Positions 15,918 to 26,938 are shown, counted from the first letter of the stretch. The stretch: DNA of 32,000 nucleotides from Desulfocapsa sulfexigens DSM 10523 (GCF_000341395.1 NC_020304.1:2490001-2522000), one strand, 5' to 3'. Notes: generated by a model not told the origin, from the letters alone. Numbers and translations: made by a program.

Positions 15918-16985
15918 TTCTTCCATATGATTGATAAGCTTTCGATGGCCCGCCGGAAAGGCGTGGCTTGCAAGAGCAGTAAACGGGATCCATTTGAATT
16001 CCTGCGCGGCGTGGAGAACTGGATCGCTATCCTGTTGAGCAAGCGTCACAAGGAAACAGTGCAGAGTGACTTTATAGCGGGTGAAATGATGGATGGTGGT
16101 GGTGATCTTTGAGTCAATCTCTATCTTAAACTCCGTTTCCTCAAAAAACTCCCGGACGACCGTCTGCTCTGGGGTTTCTCCCAGTTTTAACCGCCCACCG
16201 GGGAATTCCCAGAGCGATCCCCACACATCATCCTCGAGGCGCTGCTGAATAAAGAGTTGCCCATTGTGAAGAAGGACACCCGTAGCCATCTCAATAGGGA
16301 GAATCTTTGTACTTTTTTTGGGTATAGGCCGTTCAGGGATAAGATCGTGTTTGAGGGCCAGACAGTATGGTGCCAGGGGGCACAGGGAGCAATCCGGTTT
16401 TTTGGGGCGGCAGATAAGCGCTCCTAGTTCCATCAGGCCCTGATTAAAGTTTCTCGCCTGTTTGGGGGGGAGCAGTGTTTCTGCCTTCTGCCAGTGGATT
16501 CTTTTTGCTTCCGGGCTTCCTGAAATCAGATCTATATTAAAGAGCCGTGCAAAAATCCGTTCGATATTGGCATCAACCACTGGTACGTCACGGTTGAAGC
16601 TGATGGAAGCTATGGCGCCTGCCGTATAGGGACCGATGCCGGGCAATTTCAGCAGCTCCTTTCGGCTGCTTGGAATCCTTCCCTCGTGTCTCTCGACAAG
16701 GATCTGTGCAGTTTTCAAGATGTTTCGTGCTCTTGAATAATAGCCCAGTCCCTCCCAGCACTTCAAAATCTGATCTTCAGAGGCCATTGCCAGTGTTGCT
16801 ATATCTGGAAATGTATTCATCCAGCGAGAAAAAAAAACAGTAACTCGATCCATCTGAGTCTGTTGGAGCATAATTTCTGATATCCATATCTGGTAGGGGG
16901 TATAGCTGCTTCTCCACGGAAGATCTCTCTGGTTCTTGTCAAACCAGTCGAGGAGTGCCTGTTGAAGAGTGTTGGGGGTGGACAT
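15876..16985 (-). CDS. mutY: A/G-specific adenine glycosylase
   Basis: RDLPWRSSYTPYQIWISEIMLQQTQMDRV, LLKLPGIGPYTAGAIASISF, FNQGLMELGALICRPKKPDCSLCPLAPYC, C-terminal NUDIX-like domain. Confidence 0.96.
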   Translation of the reverse strand: MSTPNTLQQALLDWFDKNQRDLPWRSSYTPYQIWISEIMLQQTQMDRVTVFFSRWMNTFPDIATLAMASEDQILKCWEGLGYYSRARNILKTAQILVERHEGRIPSSRKELLKLPGIGPYTAGAIASISFNRDVPVVDANIERIFARLFNIDLISGSPEAKRIHWQKAETLLPPKQARNFNQGLMELGALICRPKKPDCSLCPLAPYCLALKHDLIPERPIPKKSTKILPIEMATGVLLHNGQLFIQQRLEDDVWGSLWEFPGGRLKLGETPEQTVVREFFEETEFKIEIDSKITTTIHHFTRYKVTLHCFLVTLAQQDSDPVLHAAQEFKWIPFTALASHAFPAGHRKLINHMEESGFFLNQSPCKPD

Positions 16986-17124
16986 GAATAATCTGTTTTA
17001 GTCAAAAGTTTTAAACAATGGCACAATATGCTTGCGCAACTGGATACAGTTTCTTACAGTTAATTGAAATAGGAAAATAGAAGAAGCGTTTTTAAGAGTA
17101 TGTAAAAAAAAAGGAGGATTTTCC

Positions 17125-17610
17125 ATGAAAAGTCTAGTCGTCTACTCGTCAAAAAGTGGTAATACCAAAAAACTGGCCGAGGCGGTTTACAACCATCTCA
17201 GCGGAGAAAAAGAAATTTTTGCAGTTGCAGACGCTCCAGATCCTGCCGGATACGACTTTGTTGCGGTCGGTTTCTGGCTGCAGGGTGGTCAGCCTGACCC
17301 TGATTCCCAGGCGTTTCTGGCGAAAATTGCAGAGGGACAGGATCTGTATCTTTTTGCTACTCATGGTGCAGCTGCCGGGTCGCCACATGCCGAGAATGCA
17401 ATGAATGCTGCGAAATCCATCGCTGCCAAGGGCCATGTGATTGCCACCTTTTCCTGTCCCGGTCAGGTTCCTGAAAAGGTTCTGGAAATGGCCAGCAAGA
17501 AAGATCCCCAGCCGCCATGGTTGGCTGACGCTCCAGCTGCAGTTGGCCATCCCGACGAAACCGATGTTAAGAATGTTGTGCGTCTTCTTGTGGAGTTGGA
17601 TTTACCTTAG
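17125..17610 (+). CDS. Flavodoxin-family protein
   Basis: 161 aa: MKSLVVYSSKSGNTKKLAEAVYNHLSGE, YDFVAVGFWLQGG, LFATHGAAAGSPHAENAM. Confidence 0.85.
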   Translation: MKSLVVYSSKSGNTKKLAEAVYNHLSGEKEIFAVADAPDPAGYDFVAVGFWLQGGQPDPDSQAFLAKIAEGQDLYLFATHGAAAGSPHAENAMNAAKSIAAKGHVIATFSCPGQVPEKVLEMASKKDPQPPWLADAPAAVGHPDETDVKNVVRLLVELDLP

Positions 17611-18018
17611 AGAAACAAAGGAAAACTCCGGTTTGTTCTCTTTTTTTCTGATCCAGTTGAGTCCTTTCTGCACTGGACGATAGGAGAGCAGACGATCTGT
17701 CAGCGCCCGTTTTCCAGGAAAGTCCAGCAGAGAGATGCCAAGGATAATGGTAAGGATTCCCTGGCCTGGGAGAAAGAGCATCAGGATCCCGGAAAGAAAA
17801 AGGATGAATCCTAAAAAGTAGCGCAGGGTACGAAGGAGGATGAATATCACAGGATGTTCATCCTCCTTTTTTTTGTGTTCGTGGAGGTGGATAAAAAAAT
17901 CCTTGTCGAGCATACCGATGATCCAGGGAATGATAAGCAGGCTCAGGAAGAATGTCGCAGTTGAAAGAAGGCCAAGCAGGCTGAGTAGGTGGCCGTATGT
18001 GTCAATAAAGAGTTGCAT
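17602..18018 (-). CDS. Small membrane protein, PGPGW-like (ORF track start 18318 overlaps prmA; likely start MQLFIDTYG at 18018)
   Basis: Hydrophobic segments with LRYFLGFILFLSGILMLFLPGQGILTIILGISLLDFPGKR. Confidence 0.65.
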   Translation of the reverse strand: MQLFIDTYGHLLSLLGLLSTATFFLSLLIIPWIIGMLDKDFFIHLHEHKKKEDEHPVIFILLRTLRYFLGFILFLSGILMLFLPGQGILTIILGISLLDFPGKRALTDRLLSYRPVQKGLNWIRKKENKPEFSFVSLR

Positions 18019-18043
18019 TACGCTGAGAGTCGTTGACGGAGGA

Positions 18044-18883
18044 TCAGACCATTGTATTGGCAAGTACCCAGAGTCGCCAGGTATCGGATTTTCTTCTTTC
18101 AAGAAGCTTGAGTTTATCCATGGGGAGGGCAGCGAGGAGTTCCTCTTCCATGGAGGGAATAAATCCCGAGATAATATAGTAGCGTGCATTCCAGAAATCC
18201 GGATTCTCAAAAAAACTGAGCAGCAGCCCTTTGTAGAGGTTTGCCACCACCAGGTCAACGCTGGTATCGGGAAGCACACCACGAAGGTCTGCCTCCATAA
18301 CCGTGATCTGTGTGTCACAGTTGTTTAAGCCTACATTTTTTTCGGCCACGGTACATGCAAAGGGGTTGTTGTCATAGGATCGTATTGTATCGACCCCAAG
18401 CTTGGCAGCACCGAGGGAAAGTAATCCTGTTCCTGTGCCAAAATCCACCATGGTATTGATTTGCCTGGGGGTGGAGCAGAGCATATCACTGATCGTCTGC
18501 AGACACAGTCTGGTGGTAGGGTGAAACCCGGAGCCAAATATAACACTTGGGTCGAGCTGAATGGTGATTTCTTCCTCGTTGTCGTTCAGCTGGTCGACTT
18601 CCCATAGTGGAGCAACAACGAGAGGCGGTACAGAGAAGGTGGTGATATCCAGTCCCGCCTCCCAATCCTGATAGTCCAGATTGGCGTCATAGATGATTTC
18701 TGCGCCACTCCGCCTGCAGATAGCTTCGACAAGTTCCTTTTTTTCCTTATGAAAAAAGAGGATTGCGGTGTCATCTTCAATCCAGGTACCGATAAGGTCT
18801 GGATCATCAATAATGCCTAAATCAATGCGGTCAAAATTGTAGACATAGAGCTGGTCGTAACGGGTATATGGCGGTTTTAGCAT
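18044..18883 (-). CDS. prmA: Ribosomal protein L11 methyltransferase
   Basis: VAPLWEVDQ...ITIQLDPSVIFGSGFHPTTRLCLQTI...MVDFGTGTGLLSLGAAKLG...VDLVVANLYKGLLLSF. Confidence 0.9.
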   Translation of the reverse strand: MLKPPYTRYDQLYVYNFDRIDLGIIDDPDLIGTWIEDDTAILFFHKEKKELVEAICRRSGAEIIYDANLDYQDWEAGLDITTFSVPPLVVAPLWEVDQLNDNEEEITIQLDPSVIFGSGFHPTTRLCLQTISDMLCSTPRQINTMVDFGTGTGLLSLGAAKLGVDTIRSYDNNPFACTVAEKNVGLNNCDTQITVMEADLRGVLPDTSVDLVVANLYKGLLLSFFENPDFWNARYYIISGFIPSMEEELLAALPMDKLKLLERRKSDTWRLWVLANTMV

Positions 18884-18888
18884 AATTA

Positions 18889-21800
18889 TTAGGGAGTACT
18901 GCGAACTGTTGTGATACCGATACGGGAACCATTTGTAGCGCTGGCATCGGTGATTTCCGGTTTGTTCATTATGGTTACGCGCCGGGGAGAAATATTCAGG
19001 CTGTGGACACAGAAATCGTACACGATGAGACTACGTTCCCTGGCCAGGCCGAGCAGGGTTTCATCACTGATGGAAACGGGCTTGGCCTGAATCGGTTTAT
19101 ATCCGGCAAGATCTTTTTTAGGGATATTCTCTTCTTTTACGGTGTTTCCCGGCGGTGCAGCCAGTATTGCGGCTTGTTGCTTCTTCTGGTATTCGGCAAG
19201 AGCCTGACTGTTGATACTGTCAACTCGTTGCTGTTCTATTTCTTCCTGTAATGCCTGTAATACTTGCCGGTCTGTTTTGTTGTCGGCCAGTCCTGTTATT
19301 GTAAGGCCGAGTCCGGGATGTTCATGTAAAAGTTCGGCGTATCGGCCAAGAATCTTTTTACCTTTACTGTCAATTTGGTTTGAGCCTGGCTGAAAGGAGA
19401 CAGTGTTCTGATCCTGCAGATCTTTAAAGCGGCGGTCAAGCAGGAGTGGGGTGTAAGATGCTTTGATGACAGTTGTTTGAAAGGTAGTCAGAGCTTCTTT
19501 GAGGAGTGAGCGACTGCTGTCCGTAATGGCTATATCCAACGGAAAGGAGTTATCAGTGTCCTTCAGAAAGGCGAGCGCCAGCGCCGTGTCGGAATTGAGG
19601 GAAGCAGGTTGAAGGTTTGTAACAATGATTTTATTTTTACTGCTGAAAAGTGAATCTTTTTCAATCATATTCAGCTCCAGGGACAGGCTTGCATGCTCTG
19701 GACTGATCGTGGATGACTCCAGTTGTTTGTGAAATATTTTAAGTGGTAAGTCAGAGAATTTCATTCCTGCACGAGCCTCAAGTGAATCGTCAAACAGAGC
19801 CAGAGCACCAGACAGGTCGAGTGGAGACTCTTCCAGCTTTCCGGTCAGGCTAAAGATGGCAAGGCCGTTTTTAGTGGTGTTGAGATTCCTTATGGTTCCT
19901 TCCAGTGCATTGACTGTTGTCGACCATGAAGGGGACAGGCGGCTGTCTGTTATGCTTATGGAAGCATCTTTTAAATTAAAATTCCGTATCTCAAGAGGAA
20001 AGACTGTTTTTTCTTCTGCACTCTTCTCTGCTACAAGCCGTATTCCTTTTTGGAGATCCTGAAAGGCTGATTGAGCACTTCGCTGCCATTGAAGCTGTGG
20101 AGAATTGAGCAGCATGGATTCCGCCCGGAGTGAGAAAGGTGTGAGGCGACAACTGATGTCGTTTAATTCTGCTGATTTCCAGGTAAGGAGCGGTGTTTTA
20201 GGGGCTACCTGGAGGAGCGAGTCAGTTAGCCTGATGTCCCCCTGGAAGGAGGCGTCGGGATAACTGTAGGTACCTTTTCCGTGAAGTGTGGTTTTGCTAT
20301 GAAATAAAAGTGGCCAACTGACAAAAAAAGGAGAGAAACTCTGTGAGTCAATATTAGAGAATGCGAGATTTGCCTCAATCTGTATGGGGGCAAGATTAAA
20401 GACACCCTTTGCTTTCACGATACCTTTTTGCGGCAGTTGTCCCGAAAAAGCAAAATTTTCTGTGGTGGAAGTTTGCTCAAGTCTGTTTGTCTGGAAGCGG
20501 ATTTCAGAAATGAGGAGAGGTTTCTTTTGGGTTTTGCTGTTTTTTATGGTGACCTCTCCCTCAAAATCAATACCCTGTATGAGTGGATGGTTTTTAGCTG
20601 TGAAAAGCTGATTTAACAGGGGAGGAAGCGTATTGTCGGTAACAGTCAGTGACGCATCTTTAAGAAAAATATTACCAAGGTTGTACTGGTCTGCTGTTTT
20701 GCTGAGACGGGTAAAGCGAATGGAATCTGCTTTTAGCCAGGTGTCTTTGCCGTGGAGAAACTTCAGGTCATGGAGTTGCAATATGGCATCGTCAAGGGTA
20801 TGGCCAGTTGAATTGTTCTCTCTGGGGGAAATGCTGAGATCACCAGAAAGTGTAGCTGTCCCATGAATCATGTCCTTTGATTCCGGGAGCAGTTGCCGGA
20901 AAAGGATACCCGCGGGAAAATTATTGAGGAGGAGTTTTCCCTTTATTGTCTCGCTACTCTGATACTTTCCCTGCCACGAAAAGTCGGCTTTGTTCGGGGC
21001 ATGATTTCCACTGACGTGGAAGATTCCCGTCGCATTGGTAGAATCAAAATTTTTGATGGTAAGCTGCAGATCACTCCACTCTGAAGTGCTTGGTTTTCCC
21101 TTGATCGTCTCGTCAATCAGGGTGAGCTTACTCTGGTCGGTCAGGAATCTGTCAATAATGATGGTTGGAGGAAGTGTTCCCTGGGGATGGCTTGGAAAGA
21201 AAATCTGCTGCAGGACTGCCTGGAGTTGCCCCCCATTGCCTGAGAGTTCAATATTTTTGGTTATTATATCTCTGATGTGAAATTCTTTTCCGACGGGTGT
21301 TAGCATCGCATCCAACTTCATGGCAGGCACAATGAGCTGAAAAGTATCATCGTTTCCCTGCATCTCAATATCCATCGCATCCATCTTGATATCAATGCTG
21401 AGGCGATCTCCCTGTCGCTTATCAGGGGCGAAACTTATTTCTAAAGTGGTGTCTGCCCATCCTTTTTTTATGGAAAGAGGGACAGTTGACGGAAGATATG
21501 AAAAATAGGGAACCAGGTCGAGAGACTTTATATTACAGGAAAGTTTTGTCTGGAATCCCTGATTGTCAGGAAGTTGAACAGCCTCACCTGTCAACTGGAT
21601 CGGGCTACCATTGATGACTGCAGAAAAATGAGGCTGGATATAATTGTTTGACTGGAAATCGAAATTGGAAAGTGTCGGAATGGCAAGTTGCAGATCTTCA
21701 ACAGCATGTTTTTTTTCAGTGACTTGATCTTCAAACAGAATACGACTGTTGTTGATATCAATATTGTTGAGTGAGAAGAGAAATGGCAATGTTGCGAAAT

Positions 21801-22326
21801 GTATAATATCGCCCTGTTCCTGATTCTTTGAAACACGTGAAAGAGCTGGAATGTTATAGTGGGTATCTTTATATCGAATGAGGTTCAGTTGCAGTTTTTC
21901 AATTGTCAGTTTGTCACAGGTGAATGAGTTGCGAACCAGGGAAGTCAGGTCAAGATCGATAAAGAGTGACTGGGCGCTGAGTAGCGGGTCCGTTGTTGCA
22001 TTTTTATCGAGGTCTGCGGTGAGCTGTTTTAGCGTAAGCTGGAAATTGAGTGGATTGAGCCGGGCACTCCCAATGGTCAGGGTGAGGCCCAATTGCTTTT
22101 GTATATAGCGGGGAATGTATTTCTTTATTGCCAGAGGGACAATATAAATTGCAGTCAGGAAGTATGTGGCAATGAAAAAAAACACCAGAATGGGAAGAAA
22201 AAATGATTTTCGTGGTGTTGTCGGCTTCTTGGCGGGCTTGCCAGGTTTTCGATGTTTCTGCGGTTTCTGAGGTTTTGGGGATGGGATGTCAGAATTGATT
22301 GCTATGGAGCCGTAATGATCAGACAT
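18889..22326 (-). CDS. DUF748/AsmA-like giant envelope protein (ORF track start 22419; likely start MSDHYGSIAINSD near 22326)
   Basis: Over 1100 aa; single N-terminal TM then AsmA/DUF748-like region (IGSARLNPLNFQLTLKQLTADL...LSAQSLFIDLDLTSLVR...FDLSPYFSYLPSTVPL-like), C-terminal OmpA-like stretch LLHEHPGLGLTITGLAD. Confidence 0.75.
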   Translation of the reverse strand: MSDHYGSIAINSDIPSPKPQKPQKHRKPGKPAKKPTTPRKSFFLPILVFFFIATYFLTAIYIVPLAIKKYIPRYIQKQLGLTLTIGSARLNPLNFQLTLKQLTADLDKNATTDPLLSAQSLFIDLDLTSLVRNSFTCDKLTIEKLQLNLIRYKDTHYNIPALSRVSKNQEQGDIIHFATLPFLFSLNNIDINNSRILFEDQVTEKKHAVEDLQLAIPTLSNFDFQSNNYIQPHFSAVINGSPIQLTGEAVQLPDNQGFQTKLSCNIKSLDLVPYFSYLPSTVPLSIKKGWADTTLEISFAPDKRQGDRLSIDIKMDAMDIEMQGNDDTFQLIVPAMKLDAMLTPVGKEFHIRDIITKNIELSGNGGQLQAVLQQIFFPSHPQGTLPPTIIIDRFLTDQSKLTLIDETIKGKPSTSEWSDLQLTIKNFDSTNATGIFHVSGNHAPNKADFSWQGKYQSSETIKGKLLLNNFPAGILFRQLLPESKDMIHGTATLSGDLSISPRENNSTGHTLDDAILQLHDLKFLHGKDTWLKADSIRFTRLSKTADQYNLGNIFLKDASLTVTDNTLPPLLNQLFTAKNHPLIQGIDFEGEVTIKNSKTQKKPLLISEIRFQTNRLEQTSTTENFAFSGQLPQKGIVKAKGVFNLAPIQIEANLAFSNIDSQSFSPFFVSWPLLFHSKTTLHGKGTYSYPDASFQGDIRLTDSLLQVAPKTPLLTWKSAELNDISCRLTPFSLRAESMLLNSPQLQWQRSAQSAFQDLQKGIRLVAEKSAEEKTVFPLEIRNFNLKDASISITDSRLSPSWSTTVNALEGTIRNLNTTKNGLAIFSLTGKLEESPLDLSGALALFDDSLEARAGMKFSDLPLKIFHKQLESSTISPEHASLSLELNMIEKDSLFSSKNKIIVTNLQPASLNSDTALALAFLKDTDNSFPLDIAITDSSRSLLKEALTTFQTTVIKASYTPLLLDRRFKDLQDQNTVSFQPGSNQIDSKGKKILGRYAELLHEHPGLGLTITGLADNKTDRQVLQALQEEIEQQRVDSINSQALAEYQKKQQAAILAAPPGNTVKEENIPKKDLAGYKPIQAKPVSISDETLLGLARERSLIVYDFCVHSLNISPRRVTIMNKPEITDASATNGSRIGITTVRSTP

Positions 22327-22698
22327 GGGAATAAACTGTATTAGAAGGTGCTTTAACTTGCATATGTAATGGTTGTTGTATTTGAATGTAAGGGTGTGCG
22401 ATAAGTCACGCTGTCTCATCTGCGACCAGTATACCTGACATCGAAAACAAAAAAATTAAAAAAATGGAGATTTGTTGCAGGATTATTTTATTCCTCTATC
22501 ACAATCCTGTGATTACTACCGGATGCTTCAGGAATCGTCAATCGTGTGGACGGTACCCCTGCTGTTGAATGAAAAAAAACAGTCAATAACTGCTAAAAAA
22601 AAAGGAAGATGAATTTTGTTTGGAAAAAGTTGTTAAATTCAAGTAGTATAAAGAAAAGTTTTTTCTTAATCCCCTTCTGATGACGTGACCGAACACTA

Positions 22699-23490
22699 AT
22701 GCTTGCAAGTTTCAATATTTTACGGTGGCAAGATGTCCTGGATATTCTGGTAGTAGCTTTTATTATCTATCAGCTTATAGCCATTATCCGTGGTACGCGT
22801 TCTGTTCAGATGGTGCTGGGGTTAATCGTGGTGGGTATGGTCTATTTTATGGCCTCCATTCTTGATCTTGTTACTCTCCAATGGCTGCTGAAAACATTTC
22901 TCGGTTCTCTCCTGCTTATTATTGTAATTGTTTTTCAACAGGATATTCGCCGGGCTCTGACTCAGGTAGGAAAATCCCCTTTCCAGAAAAATCTTGATAT
23001 GGCCGAAAAGGATCTCGATGAGATTATTCGTGCCTGTTATTATTTGTCAAAGCGGCGTATAGGTGCTCTGATTGTCATTGAAAGAGAAACAGGACTACGT
23101 GAGTTTGTTGATTCTGGCTTTAAATTAAACGCAGTTCTGAGCAAAGAATTGCTGATTTCAATTTTTATGCCGGTTTCTCCTCTTCATGATGGCGGTGTGA
23201 TTATTTATAAGGGGAGGGTGCAGACAGCGGGATGTATTATGCCACTCTCTCAAAATCCATATATCAGCAAACGTTTTGGAACCCGCCATCGTGCAGCAAT
23301 TGGACTCTCCGAGGAGACAGATGCGGTTATTATCGTTGTGTCTGAGGAGACCCAGGAAGTATCACTTGTTCAGCATGGCGCTCTTACTGCCATGCACGAT
23401 GAGATGACTCTCACCAATACCCTGCGAAATATTTTTCTTCCAAAAGAAACTCTGACTAACGGCTGGAAGCAATGGGTGGGGCGCACATGA
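22699..23490 (+). CDS. cdaA: Diadenylate cyclase (c-di-AMP synthase)
   Basis: FQQDIRRALTQVGK, RRIGALIVIERETGLREFVDSG, SPLHDGGVIIYKGRVQTAGCIMPL, GTRHRAAIGLSEETDAVIIVVSEE. Confidence 0.95.
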   Translation: MLASFNILRWQDVLDILVVAFIIYQLIAIIRGTRSVQMVLGLIVVGMVYFMASILDLVTLQWLLKTFLGSLLLIIVIVFQQDIRRALTQVGKSPFQKNLDMAEKDLDEIIRACYYLSKRRIGALIVIERETGLREFVDSGFKLNAVLSKELLISIFMPVSPLHDGGVIIYKGRVQTAGCIMPLSQNPYISKRFGTRHRAAIGLSEETDAVIIVVSEETQEVSLVQHGALTAMHDEMTLTNTLRNIFLPKETLTNGWKQWVGRT

Positions 23491-24461
23491 ATGTTTTTAA
23501 TTTTCGTCATTGGATGCAGCTCTCTCCCAAGGATTGGGTGCTTCGCCTTGTTTCTCTTGGACTTGCCATTGTGCTCTGGTATTTTGTGGGCGGAGAGGAC
23601 ATTGTAAATAAGAATGTTATGGTGCCCGTCGAGGTTATTAATCTGCCTCGTGATCTGGTTATCTCCAATCAGTATAAGAAAGAGATTGAAGTCTCTGTCA
23701 GTGGCCCTCGTAGTCTGGTTATGGACATTGGAAACCGTGGGATTTCCCGTCATATTGACCTTTCCCAGGCAACGCCAGGTACCATGGTACTTGAAAACAC
23801 TAATGATGTTATCAGTGTTCCCCGTGGGGTAAAGGTTCTCCGTATTCAGCCCAAGAGCGTGATTCTTTCACTGGATAAAATGATCCAGAAACAGTTTTCA
23901 GTGAATCCTGTCACCGTTGGCATGCTTGCAACGGATTTTATATTAAAAGAGATTCGTATGGAACCAGACTCGATTTCCATTACTGGCCCTCAAACTGTAT
24001 TGTCACAATTTGACGTGTTGCGTACAAAGCCAATTGATATTAGCGGGTTGCGGAAATCGACTCAAATTCAGATTCCCCTTGAACTTGACCCGGTGATTGT
24101 AGATTTGATTGGTGCCACCACAATCACAGCCGATCTTGATATTGCAGTTGAAACAGTGCAGAAGAAGATTTCAAATCTGACCGTTGAAGTGGAAAAAGAT
24201 GGCGCACCTCAAAGAGTTACTCCAGCTACTGTGTCCATCACCGTTGCACTTCCCAAAACTTTGATCCGGGAAAAGGTGGATCTTCAGTCATTATTTACCA
24301 TTACTGCAGTGGATGAAAAAAATGATGGCCAGATGCACGTGAAGGCAATTCCCACTAACAAGTTTACTGATAATCCCATTCGGGTGATTCGTATTGAGCC
24401 TCAGGTTGTGACTTTGATTGAAGAGGTTGTTGTCCCTGAGGGGCCCGCCACACAAGAGTGA
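23472..24461 (+). CDS. cdaR: YbbR-domain protein (CdaR-like)
   Basis: N-terminal TM, YbbR repeats, overlaps cdaA by 19 bp and precedes glmM. Confidence 0.85.
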   Translation: MGGAHMNVFNFRHWMQLSPKDWVLRLVSLGLAIVLWYFVGGEDIVNKNVMVPVEVINLPRDLVISNQYKKEIEVSVSGPRSLVMDIGNRGISRHIDLSQATPGTMVLENTNDVISVPRGVKVLRIQPKSVILSLDKMIQKQFSVNPVTVGMLATDFILKEIRMEPDSISITGPQTVLSQFDVLRTKPIDISGLRKSTQIQIPLELDPVIVDLIGATTITADLDIAVETVQKKISNLTVEVEKDGAPQRVTPATVSITVALPKTLIREKVDLQSLFTITAVDEKNDGQMHVKAIPTNKFTDNPIRVIRIEPQVVTLIEEVVVPEGPATQE

Positions 24462-24513
24462 CTGTAGAGTATATCTTTGTGCTCACAATCAAGTAATTCA
24501 AACAAAATAAATC

Positions 24514-25857
24514 ATGAGAAAATTATTTGGAACTGACGGTATTCGCGGAGTAGCAAATATCTACCCCATGACCACTGAAATAGCCATGCAGGTTGGTCGT
24601 GCCATAGCTTTTATTGTTAAAAACCGTAATGGTCGTCACCGTATTGTAATTGGTAAAGATACCAGACAGTCAGGTTATATGATAGAGAATGCCCTGGCTG
24701 CCGGAATCTGTTCCATGGGAGTTGATGTGCTGCTCGTCGGCCCTCTGCCAACACCAGGCATTGCCTTTATTACAACTTCTATGCGGGCAGACGCCGGTGT
24801 CGTAATTTCGGCATCTCATAATCCGTTTCAGGATAATGGTATTAAGATATTTTCACACGATGGGTTTAAATTGCCCGACGCACTTGAGGCCGATATTGAA
24901 GATCTTATTTTTTCTCAAAAGATGGCAGCACTGCGACCGGTTGCGGAAGAAGTTGGCCGGGCAAAACGCATCGATGATGCCAAGGGACGATATATTGTGT
25001 TCCTGAAAAATATTTTCCCTAAAAAGCAGAAGCTTGATGGCATGCACATTGTCCTTGATTGCGCCAATGGGGCAACCTATGGCGTTGCTCCTCACGTATT
25101 TGAAGAACTTGGAGCCAAGGTGACAACTCTTGGGGTAAATCCCGACGGTAAAAACATCAATCACCTGTGCGGAGCATTGCATCCGGAACTGATGGCAGCG
25201 AAGGTCAAGGAGACTGGTGCTGATATTGGTCTGGCACTGGATGGTGATGGCGATCGGTTGATTGTCTGTGATGAAAAAGGCAAGGTGGTTGACGGCGATC
25301 ATATCATGGCGATTTGCGCCAAAGATCTCATGAAGAAGCGGAAGCTGCGGAAAAAAACACTTGTGACAACGGTTATGTCTAATCTGGGACTCGAAGTTGC
25401 CATGAAAAAAATGGGCGGAAAAATGGTTCGTACCCAGGTCGGCGACCGCTACGTTGTAGAAGAGATGCGCCAAAAAGGATATTCCTTTGGCGGTGAACAA
25501 TCGGGCCATCTGGTCTTCCTTGACCATATTACAACGGGAGATGGGAATCTGGCTGCTCTTTGTCTTCTTGCTATTATGCAGAAACGCAACAAACCAATGT
25601 CAGAGCTTGCGCGTGTGATGGAATCCTATCCCCAGGTTTTGAATAACGTGAGGACATCTAAGCCAATTGATCTCGCAAATTTCATAGATTTTCAAGAAAC
25701 TGTGAAGAAGATGGAGAAAAAACTAGGTAAGAGCGGACGGATACTGGTGCGAGCATCGGGTACAGAGCCAGTTATCCGGGTAATGATTGAAGGGGAAAAA
25801 AGGGAAACCATTCAGGCTATGGCAGATGAGCTTGGCGATATGATTTCCAAAGCATAA
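24514..25857 (+). CDS. glmM: Phosphoglucosamine mutase
   Basis: [84 protein letters not shown]. Confidence 0.97.
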   Translation: MRKLFGTDGIRGVANIYPMTTEIAMQVGRAIAFIVKNRNGRHRIVIGKDTRQSGYMIENALAAGICSMGVDVLLVGPLPTPGIAFITTSMRADAGVVISASHNPFQDNGIKIFSHDGFKLPDALEADIEDLIFSQKMAALRPVAEEVGRAKRIDDAKGRYIVFLKNIFPKKQKLDGMHIVLDCANGATYGVAPHVFEELGAKVTTLGVNPDGKNINHLCGALHPELMAAKVKETGADIGLALDGDGDRLIVCDEKGKVVDGDHIMAICAKDLMKKRKLRKKTLVTTVMSNLGLEVAMKKMGGKMVRTQVGDRYVVEEMRQKGYSFGGEQSGHLVFLDHITTGDGNLAALCLLAIMQKRNKPMSELARVMESYPQVLNNVRTSKPIDLANFIDFQETVKKMEKKLGKSGRILVRASGTEPVIRVMIEGEKRETIQAMADELGDMISKA

Positions 25858-26029
25858 CCTGAGTGGATGTTACTAGCTGTCTCACCACAGTTTGTGTCCT
25901 GAATGATATGATATGAACCATTGTCCATGACTGGGGGTAACTTCACTGTTCAAACAAACTGAGCCACATCTAACCGTTACAGATCTGTAGCCACTCAAGT
26001 AACCTTAATACGTTTTCCAATACACTTTT

Positions 26030-26359
26030 TCACGGGGTTTCTGTATTCGACGCGTAAAGAGTTATTCCATGTGTTTTAATATGTTCGAGCAGGTTTTCAT
26101 TTTGAGTTGACTCCAGGTGGATACAATCGAAAAAGTAGGGAAGTAAGGTTTCCTCTTCGAGGTAGTCTCGGATGCGGCTCACAAGCTGCGGTGTTACTTT
26201 TTCCCCACTGAATGCACAGTCAATATCGGATCCAGATTTTGCGTTACCTAATGCTCTGGAACCGAAAACCACAACTCTTTCGATTTCAGGGTAGCTGGAA
26301 AATATGGAAATCAGTTGTGACACTGTTTGCGGCGGTAGGTCAATTCTCTTCCTGCTCAT
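26030..26359 (-). CDS. MntA-like minimal nucleotidyltransferase (antitoxin); ORF track start 26404, likely MSRKRIDLP near 26359
   Basis: VVVFGSRALGNAKSGSDIDCAFSG nucleotidyltransferase motif (GSxxxG...SDID). Confidence 0.8.
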   Translation of the reverse strand: MSRKRIDLPPQTVSQLISIFSSYPEIERVVVFGSRALGNAKSGSDIDCAFSGEKVTPQLVSRIRDYLEEETLLPYFFDCIHLESTQNENLLEHIKTHGITLYASNTETP

Positions 26360-26756
26360 TACATTCCTGGAACCATTTAACCAGTTTTGTGATTTCTGGT
26401 GCAAAGTCCTGTTTGATTAGTCTATATGATTCCATGGCGAGGGTTTCGTCATAGGTATGCGCCAGTAAGTTTCTTTTTCCCAGCATATCCAACCAGCACT
26501 CTCCTTCGTCAATTATCTGATGATGAAAAGCTTTCTTTATGATTTCTCTTGGAAATTGACAGATAACACCCTGGGCTTCGAGATAGTCTTTTAATGTCTT
26601 CCAGGAAAGTTCAAAGGTGAACTCAAAACTCTGGATAATACCCTGTCGCTCGATATCGCTGGGATGTTCAATGTCCAGTCCTCTTTGGAGCTGGCGAAAT
26701 GCCTTCTCCAAATTCTGGAACCGTTGTTGCCAGCGTATTGTTTTCAGTTGGTTCAT
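26340..26756 (-). CDS. HepT-like / HI0074-family nucleotidyltransferase substrate-binding protein (toxin)
   Basis: 138 aa four-helix type; IIQSFEFTFELSWKTLKDYLEAQG; carries RNLLAHTY, matching the RX4HXY motif of HepT. Confidence 0.8.
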   Translation of the reverse strand: MNQLKTIRWQQRFQNLEKAFRQLQRGLDIEHPSDIERQGIIQSFEFTFELSWKTLKDYLEAQGVICQFPREIIKKAFHHQIIDEGECWLDMLGKRNLLAHTYDETLAMESYRLIKQDFAPEITKLVKWFQECNEQEEN

Positions 26757-26938
26757 TTGATGTTTGTTTGAATCAGTGAATCAGAGGACATGTTGTAGTT
26801 TTTCTTTGTATCACTATTCATTTCATTCTTGCCATACTGGTACAAATTATACCTTGATAGTGTGATTTTCTCCTATCATTTTTTTGTGGAATAATTAAAA
26901 GGAAAAATGCGGACACCTGTGCTCTGAAGCAAGATCTC

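Noticed and set aside
19003-22108. Numerous short plus-strand ORFs
   Set aside because: Antisense shadows of the DUF748-like giant gene.
24853-25527. 224-aa minus-strand ORF
   Set aside because: Antisense to glmM, low-complexity translated composition; not a credible gene.
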